This document shows, one piece after another, positions 42,346-48,081 of a stretch of DNA of 48,081 bases. Positions within the stretch are counted from its first letter, which is position 1, and each line of letters begins with the position of its first letter. Source of the stretch: Patescibacteria group bacterium UBA4787. Lineage in GTDB: Bacteria > Patescibacteriota > Patescibacteriia > UBA2591 > UBA4787. Location of the stretch: positions 312,019-360,099 of the forward strand of contig DHGX01000004.1 in NCBI GenBank assembly GCA_002402995.1, written 5' to 3'. The position numbers and the translations under genes were made by a program. A model generated the notes under the pieces. The model had not been told where the DNA came from. It saw only the letters and a program-made list of their open reading frames with translations, and made no database searches.

Positions 42346-43275
42346 CTACAAATTATAAATAATAATACCTGCAGCAACTAATACGATTTGTATCCCGCAA
42401 CAAATCAAAACAGTTCTCGGAACACCTATTCCTTTTTGATGGATTCTATCATAAAGATGTTTTCGGTCGCCGATAAAAGGAAGTTTTCTTTCTTTCAATC
42501 TTCTTAAAATCACCCAGATCACGTCTACCACCGGAAGCCCGATGATTAGGATAGGACCGATAAATTGTTTCAAATTATAAAAAGGAAAAGATGTAAACGT
42601 TATAGCCAAAACCGCTAATAAAAAACCTATAAAATGGCTACCGCTATCTCCCATGAAAATAGACGCGGGATGCCAATTATAAATCAAAAACGCCGACAAA
42701 GAACCGATTGCAGATAAGACTATAGCAAACATAAACAAATAATGGCTCGTTAGAGCAATAACAGAGAAACCAATTAAAGAAATTATGGCCAGACTCCCAG
42801 CCAAACCATCCATACCGTCTTCCATATTTATGGCGTTCATTGATCCGGCTACGTAGAAAGCGATTATCAAGGTCGCGACAACATGGTTGATTGTGAACTG
42901 CAGATTGATGCCAATTTTAAGTAAAATAAAGACTATGAAAAAAGCCACCAAAAATTGAAGGATTAATTTTATGAAAGGCCGGCCTTCGCTTTTCCACTTC
43001 AAATCGTCCCAAAAACCCAGCATAAGCACTACTAGGCCTCCCAAACTTAATCCCATTAATCTATAAAATGTTGCTAATTGAAAAATTCCGGCGAATATTA
43101 TGGCCGCAGTAAAACCAAACCAAATACCCCATCCACCAAGATAAGAAATTTCTCTTTCGTGAATTTTAAATTCGCCCGGCCTATCAATTAATTTATATTT
43201 AATACCGAGCCTCCTTAAAATAGGCATTAAGATGATACTGACGACAAAAGAGATGGGAGCCAACAAATAGATCAT
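42346..43275 (-). CDS. Polytopic polyprenyl-phosphate HexNAc-1-phosphate transferase (MraY/WecA family, GT4 in Pfam naming)
   Basis: 309 aa, about 10 TM segments, with FWDDL, NAINMEDGMDGLAG and MGDSGSHFIG motifs. Confidence 0.8.
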   Translation of the reverse strand: MIYLLAPISFVVSIILMPILRRLGIKYKLIDRPGEFKIHEREISYLGGWGIWFGFTAAIIFAGIFQLATFYRLMGLSLGGLVVLMLGFWDDLKWKSEGRPFIKLILQFLVAFFIVFILLKIGINLQFTINHVVATLIIAFYVAGSMNAINMEDGMDGLAGSLAIISLIGFSVIALTSHYLFMFAIVLSAIGSLSAFLIYNWHPASIFMGDSGSHFIGFLLAVLAITFTSFPFYNLKQFIGPILIIGLPVVDVIWVILRRLKERKLPFIGDRKHLYDRIHQKGIGVPRTVLICCGIQIVLVAAGIIIYNL

Positions 43276-43868
43276 AAGCTAGACACATTATAAATATAGA
43301 TTCGTGAAGAAGACCCTTTATGAATAGTGACATTGGAGTGCAATTTAAAACCTAGTTTCTCATAAAATCCAACGGCTCGAGACAATTCTTCTCCCACCAC
43401 AACTTTAAATTCTTTTATTCCTCGTTTTCTCGTCTCACCGATAAAACCATTAAACATATCTGTCGACAACCCTGTCCCGCGAAATTCTTTTTTACAAGCG
43501 ATAGTTAACAGCTCCGCTTCCGGACAATTTTTGTCGATTTTCTTAGAATATCTTAAAGTCTCAAGTATTTTTTTAAGTATAGTGAAATTTAAAATTTTCG
43601 GCAAAAGAATTATCATGGATCCATAACCATATTTTTTTAAAAACTCTCTATAAAATTCTTCCGTATTTAGGCAGCCGCTTATGAATCCAACTATTTGATT
43701 ATTCTCTTCAGCAACCACAATAAAACAATTCTCAGACAAGATCATCGCTTCGTATAATTTTGAGAGGAATCTGACGCCCAACTGGCTTAAAAATCCTTGA
43801 TTAATTTCTTGTTGATGAATCGCGGCGATTTCTCGCGAATCATTTTTGCTGGCCAATTTTATTTCCAT
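43272..43868 (-). CDS. GNAT family N-acetyltransferase
   Basis: 198 aa with a ...R+.G+G..+ acetyl-CoA motif (KEFRGTGLS) and FYEKLGF. It has a 4-nt overlap with the downstream gene. Confidence 0.75.
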   Translation of the reverse strand: MEIKLASKNDSREIAAIHQQEINQGFLSQLGVRFLSKLYEAMILSENCFIVVAEENNQIVGFISGCLNTEEFYREFLKKYGYGSMIILLPKILNFTILKKILETLRYSKKIDKNCPEAELLTIACKKEFRGTGLSTDMFNGFIGETRKRGIKEFKVVVGEELSRAVGFYEKLGFKLHSNVTIHKGSSSRIYIYNVSSL

Positions 43869-43884
43869 AAATTTATCTTTACGA

Positions 43885-45111
43885 CTATACTCGCGTTGCT
43901 GCTTGTATTACTTTTTCTAATTTATCGGCGAGCACGGGAATGGCGCGATATCTCTCAATATATTCGCGGCCATTTTTGCCAATTTTCTGCCGTTCTTCGG
44001 CTGATATATTATATAATCTTATAATTGCCTCTGCTATCTGGGCTGGATTCTGTGGCGAAACAGAAATGCCACAATTAACATCTTGGACAATGTTGTGATC
44101 GCCAAAGGTGGAAAAAATAATTGGCTTAGAAGCGGCCATATAATCCATTAGTTTATTAGAACTACCATATAATATTTTATTCTCGGCGAGCAAACATGCG
44201 TCTACGTCCGACAAAATACGCGGCATATCAACCTTGGAAACTGGATTTAAAAATTCAATATTGTTGATTTCTAATTCTCTGTATTCTTTAATTAATCGAT
44301 TTTTTTCTATTCCGCTGCCGATAAATATAAATTTTATATTTTTTAAATTATTATTTTGAATGATTTTCATGGCTTGTAGTACGGGATTTAGTGCGTTAAC
44401 GATACCAATGGATCCGGCGTACATTACTTTGAACTCTTCTCTTTTGTTGATATCCTGTTTGGTGATTATATATTTTGAAACATCTACCCCGTTAGGAATT
44501 AGATAGATATTCTCTCGATTTATGCCTAGCGATGTTAAATAGCTCTCTGTTGTGGGGGATAATATTATTATCGCCTGACTTCTATGATACAAATATCTCT
44601 CTAAAAACCTCATAACTATTGCAACCGGACTAATTTTTTTTAGCTTTCCTATGTCGATTAAACTTTGCGGCCACAAGTCTCTTATTTCCATTATAAATTT
44701 TACTTTATAATATTTCGCGAGCTGATAGGCAGATAGCGCCGATAATAAATGAACAGTTGAACCAATAATAATATCTGGCTTTCTAATATTACCATCTATC
44801 TTAGTTATTTTCTTACCGATCAAGCAGACACGCCAAGAATAAGAAATCATATTTAATACTCTTTGCCAATTGTTTTTTTGATAAGGGAATGTTTTAATCC
44901 AGACAAAATTTACTCCATTATAATTTTCAATCTTATATTTTTCTTTTCTGGTTAATTTCAATTCTTTGTGTTCTTGATGATTAAAACTCGAAGCGAAAAT
45001 GGTTACGCCATAACCTTTCTTGATTAATTCTTTGCCGAAATCATAATGCCTTGTCCCGCCGGGCATGTCGGGAGTTATAGCATAATGATTTAAAATCCAA
45101 ATATTTATCAT
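43885..45111 (-). CDS. GT4 (GT-B fold) glycosyltransferase, WbuB-like
   Basis: 408 aa with N-terminal MINIWILNHYA..PDMPGGTRHY and the C-terminal E..S.K..+Y+A...P EX7E-like region. Confidence 0.75.
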   Translation of the reverse strand: MINIWILNHYAITPDMPGGTRHYDFGKELIKKGYGVTIFASSFNHQEHKELKLTRKEKYKIENYNGVNFVWIKTFPYQKNNWQRVLNMISYSWRVCLIGKKITKIDGNIRKPDIIIGSTVHLLSALSAYQLAKYYKVKFIMEIRDLWPQSLIDIGKLKKISPVAIVMRFLERYLYHRSQAIIILSPTTESYLTSLGINRENIYLIPNGVDVSKYIITKQDINKREEFKVMYAGSIGIVNALNPVLQAMKIIQNNNLKNIKFIFIGSGIEKNRLIKEYRELEINNIEFLNPVSKVDMPRILSDVDACLLAENKILYGSSNKLMDYMAASKPIIFSTFGDHNIVQDVNCGISVSPQNPAQIAEAIIRLYNISAEERQKIGKNGREYIERYRAIPVLADKLEKVIQAATRV

Positions 45112-46211
45112 AGATTTCGATAGACTTCTAGTAATTTTCTACTTTCGTTATCCCAATTATATTGAGCCATAACCAATTTCTTACCATTTTCACCCATTTC
45201 TTTTCGCTCTTCTGGGTGTTCTATTAAATATTCTATCGCTTCGGAGATTTCTCTTGAGTTTAACGGGTCAACGGTTAGGCCGCAACCACCCTTTTCAATA
45301 ATTTCTAGCCACAAAGGAAACCTTGAGGCAATTATCGGCAGACCAACCGACATATATTCAAAGATTTTATTTGGCATCGCCTCAATGTGGTTCGGTTCCG
45401 GCCAAAAACAGACCAAACCAATATCTGCTTTGCGCATTTCTAAATAAACAGCATCTTGTGATTTAAAACCTAAAATTTCAATTTTGTCACAGTCTATTAT
45501 TTTATTGATCTCTTGCTCAAAGTCTTTTTCTGAAAATACGCCTATTAATTTCAGGTGTACGCAATATTTACGATTTACTTGTTTAGTCGCTTCTACAATT
45601 TCTTTGATTCCTTTAATTTTTGTTAGAGCGCCAACATAAATTAGTTCTATGCGCTGGCCGTCGTTATATTGGTTAATATTCGAACTATTATCTGTAATAA
45701 TAGGATAATTTCTTACCTGTACGACATTGTTTTGATGAAAAGTGCCAGCAATATCTGGTGTGGCAGCGATAATGTAGTCCATTTTTTCAGCTGTCCATTT
45801 TTCATACCAATTAAATAAAAAAGAAATTGGCTTTCTGATGAAGCTGGGAATCCACATTTTAGATAAAATATCTTTTTTAACATTCTCGTGAACATCGTAA
45901 ATAATTTTGGCTTTCGTTTTTTTCTTTAATTTCAACATCCAAGGTATTAATTCGGGGTCGTGGAAATGATAAATATCAGCGGCACAGCTAAGGGCTAATT
46001 TGTATGCTAATTTTCCCAACAAAAAACGATAAAAACGATTTTTGGCTAGAGGCAAGGCAATAATTTTAATCCCGTTTACGACTTCGTTCTTTGTGTGCTG
46101 AATAATCAAGGTAACATCAAAGCCATTAGCCAATAAAGTTTTGGCCTCCTTTTGAAAAATACGGATGTCAAAAACAGGATGAACAGTTGTGACAATACAA
46201 ACCTTCTTCAT
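45108..46211 (-). CDS. GT4 (GT-B fold) glycosyltransferase
   Basis: 367 aa with a GT-B C-terminal pattern (EAMPNKIFEYMSVGLPIIAS). It has a 4-nt overlap with the downstream gene. Confidence 0.75.
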   Translation of the reverse strand: MKKVCIVTTVHPVFDIRIFQKEAKTLLANGFDVTLIIQHTKNEVVNGIKIIALPLAKNRFYRFLLGKLAYKLALSCAADIYHFHDPELIPWMLKLKKKTKAKIIYDVHENVKKDILSKMWIPSFIRKPISFLFNWYEKWTAEKMDYIIAATPDIAGTFHQNNVVQVRNYPIITDNSSNINQYNDGQRIELIYVGALTKIKGIKEIVEATKQVNRKYCVHLKLIGVFSEKDFEQEINKIIDCDKIEILGFKSQDAVYLEMRKADIGLVCFWPEPNHIEAMPNKIFEYMSVGLPIIASRFPLWLEIIEKGGCGLTVDPLNSREISEAIEYLIEHPEERKEMGENGKKLVMAQYNWDNESRKLLEVYRNL

Positions 46212-46212
46212 A

Positions 46213-48081
46213 TTATGGTTTATTTATTGGCTCTCCAAATGCCCAAATTGAAATCTTTATTTTTCTAATTTCTAACCTGTCCTCTAACGATTGGGGCTTA
46301 AAAGAAACGCCGCCTATAATATCAGAAGCTCCTTCTCTGAGTTTTTTACTAATTGAATATTGCTTCCATCCGGAATCGTTAATTTGAGTGGTTAACACCG
46401 ACCAATCTATAGTTTTGTCTTGGGCAAAGATAAAACACAAACCCTCTTTTTTTTCTGTTAAACGAGCTTCTATGTCTAGACTGACATATAATTGCTTCTG
46501 TCGCTCAAGACCACTTTCATTTTTCAAAGAATAGCCAAAATTAATTTCCGAATTATTTACGACGGAGTCATCCTTTAGGCCGACACTAAAACTATTGCCA
46601 TCATTGCTGGGCGAATAAATAAATTCAAAATTTCCTCCCCGTAAACCGGTAATTTGCAGCGGCGGCAAGGCTTTTTTAATATCTTCTGCTTCAATAATGT
46701 TGTCCGTCATCCATTTGTTAAGGTCTTGTTCAAAAGAGAAATAAACAGTTTTTTGTAATGACCCCTTTTCTGATATATCTAAAATGGTCAATGTTCTTTT
46801 GCCGTCTGCCGTCGAAACTCTATCTAATTCTTTAGCAAAGGGAAAATAATTATGAACGGTTTCAGGGCTATCGGTAATTATCTGTTCCCCCTTCGCTTGA
46901 GATAAAAGATCTTCTTCTTTGGTAATATAAGTAACATTATCAGCAATCTCTAAATCATTTAAAAATTGTGATTTATATTGTGGCAGAAAATCTTTTTGAT
47001 ACTTTTCGTTAAAAAATAATCTATATGTGTTCAAGAGGCAGCCCGCGCGCGCGCAATGTTCGTAGTTGGTGTTTAATTCTTGTATATAGACACTAAATTG
47101 TTTTGCCTTAACTTTATTTAAAAGGGGCGCAATTTCGTAGAATGGCGCGGCGCTATCTCTATCATATTTTGCTTTTTGATAACCAAGTCCGCCATTGGAA
47201 AACGGCAAATAAAAAGAAACAAGTAGCATAAAAGCGATCACCAATTTTTTGGATCGAAAAAGTTCTAGGGCAAGCAAAAACATAAGAATAATAATCGGCA
47301 TAAAAGCATACAAACGCTTGATGATCAAAGGATAAATGAGATTGCTAAGATTATAAACATCTAAGGGGGTAATATAATTATAGGCCCAACTAAAAGAAGC
47401 TGTCGGACCGTATTTATAACCAACCCCCAGCCCTAAAACCATTAAAATTAATATTAAGATTGAAACAATCCACCACAGATGTTTTTTATATTTTTCTTTA
47501 ATAGGCGTCCGATTAATTATTCCCGACAGATATAAAGAAAAACCCAAACAGATAAAAATATAAGCAGTATAAATATAGGTTGGTATGGACGGACCAGATG
47601 GCCTAATCACAACCAACAGAAGAATAGTAGTCCAGGCCGCCAAAAATAAACGCCTTGCCTCTTTGATTTTATAAGCTCCAAGCGCTATAAAAATCGCGAG
47701 ATAAGGAAAATACTTCATCGATAAGAGATATTCATGAAAAAAACCCGCTGGCTCTTGCGGTAGAAAAATATTCAAATTTGTTTTCAGTCCACGGTTCATA
47801 AACATTTGATAGGTGTTAACCAAAGATTCTCGATTATAAAGAATTATGAATAGTAAAACCACCAAACCCAATCCGACGACAAAACCAATAAAAAAATTTA
47901 ATATTTTCCTCCATTCTTTTTTATAAATAAGATATATAACAAAAAACAGCAATATACCAAAACCCGTAGCCTTAGAAAGTATGGCGAGTCCAGTAAAAAA
48001 ACCTGCCAGAAAAGTCCCGTTAATGAAACGATAAATTTTAAACTCCGAAAAGAAACAAATAAACGCCAACAACGAATAAAG
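46213..48081 (-). CDS. GT-C fold membrane glycosyltransferase (ArnT/PMT-like), N-terminus outside the window, with about 300-aa C-terminal extracytoplasmic domain
   Basis: The open frame runs to the window edge. It has many TM segments (GLAILSKATGFGILLFF...) followed by a soluble C-terminal domain. The catalytic N-terminal loop is not visible. Confidence 0.6.
   Translation of the reverse strand, partial: LYSLLAFICFFSEFKIYRFINGTFLAGFFTGLAILSKATGFGILLFFVIYLIYKKEWRKILNFFIGFVVGLGLVVLLFIILYNRESLVNTYQMFMNRGLKTNLNIFLPQEPAGFFHEYLLSMKYFPYLAIFIALGAYKIKEARRLFLAAWTTILLLVVIRPSGPSIPTYIYTAYIFICLGFSLYLSGIINRTPIKEKYKKHLWWIVSILILILMVLGLGVGYKYGPTASFSWAYNYITPLDVYNLSNLIYPLIIKRLYAFMPIIILMFLLALELFRSKKLVIAFMLLVSFYLPFSNGGLGYQKAKYDRDSAAPFYEIAPLLNKVKAKQFSVYIQELNTNYEHCARAGCLLNTYRLFFNEKYQKDFLPQYKSQFLNDLEIADNVTYITKEEDLLSQAKGEQIITDSPETVHNYFPFAKELDRVSTADGKRTLTILDISEKGSLQKTVYFSFEQDLNKWMTDNIIEAEDIKKALPPLQITGLRGGNFEFIYSPSNDGNSFSVGLKDDSVVNNSEINFGYSLKNESGLERQKQLYVSLDIEARLTEKKEGLCFIFAQDKTIDWSVLTTQINDSGWKQYSISKKLREGASDIIGGVSFKPQSLEDRLEIRKIKISIWAFGEPINKP

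Noticed and set aside
1-48081. CRISPR arrays, prophage, transposons/IS elements, integrases, toxin-antitoxin or known defence operons
   Set aside because: I found no regularly spaced direct repeats, no transposase-, integrase- or RT-like ORF, and no unknown multi-gene cluster. The only repeats are the short elements reported above.

Overview
The window is AT-rich (most genes look about 30-35% G+C) and tightly packed, with almost every gene on the minus strand. It looks like a small-genome, CPR/Patescibacteria-type bacterium.

Gene content by region:
- 1-3.5 kb: the dnaB 3' end, a GC-rich orphan ORF, recR, and a GH2 beta-mannosidase-like gene.
- 3.5-20.4 kb: a fused str-S10-spc ribosomal superoperon running rpsL-rpsG-fusA-tuf-rpsJ-rplCDWB-rpsS-rplV-rpsC-rplP-rpmC-rpsQ-rplNXE-rpsN-rpsH-rplFR-rpsE-rplO-secY-adk-map. 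It has no rpmD (L30) and no infA/rpoA block after map.
- 20.4-33.3 kb: housekeeping genes. These are two M50 site-2 proteases, rpmB, tRNA-Pro(GGG), glyA, alr, rdgB, DUF167, an AlkD-like gene, rsmE, ndk and a split comEC.
- 33.4-48.1 kb: a translationally coupled surface-glycan/glycosylation locus. It encodes CapD/PglF-like dehydratase, DegT aminotransferase, GNAT, PglC-like and WecA-like phosphoglycosyl transferases, GT2/GT4 enzymes, a B12-radical SAM enzyme, a Wzy_C-TPR ligase-like protein and an ArnT/PMT-like GT-C protein.

I saw no CRISPR array, transposase, integrase or recognisable defence system.

The signals not explained by ordinary annotation are:
1. Two small GC-rich (about 59-70%) membrane-protein ORFs, each sitting inside its own host-type promoter/SD/terminator cassette.
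2. An unusually long non-coding stretch around rsmE. It holds two tandem hairpins with an identical 22/23-nt loop and compensatory stem changes (a candidate structured RNA), a tandem about-80-bp hairpin element, and three CTGTGGATA (DnaA-box) motifs.
3. A related short palindromic element inserted in-frame in the 3' end of glyA.
4. An in-frame TGA splitting an M50-CBS protease, although TGA is a normal stop elsewhere in the window.
5. A perfect (TTTTCGC)x4 heptanucleotide repeat inside the glycan aminotransferase, and a C11 tract beside a promoter. Both are candidates for phase variation.

All functional calls come from by-eye motif recognition. No database search was run.
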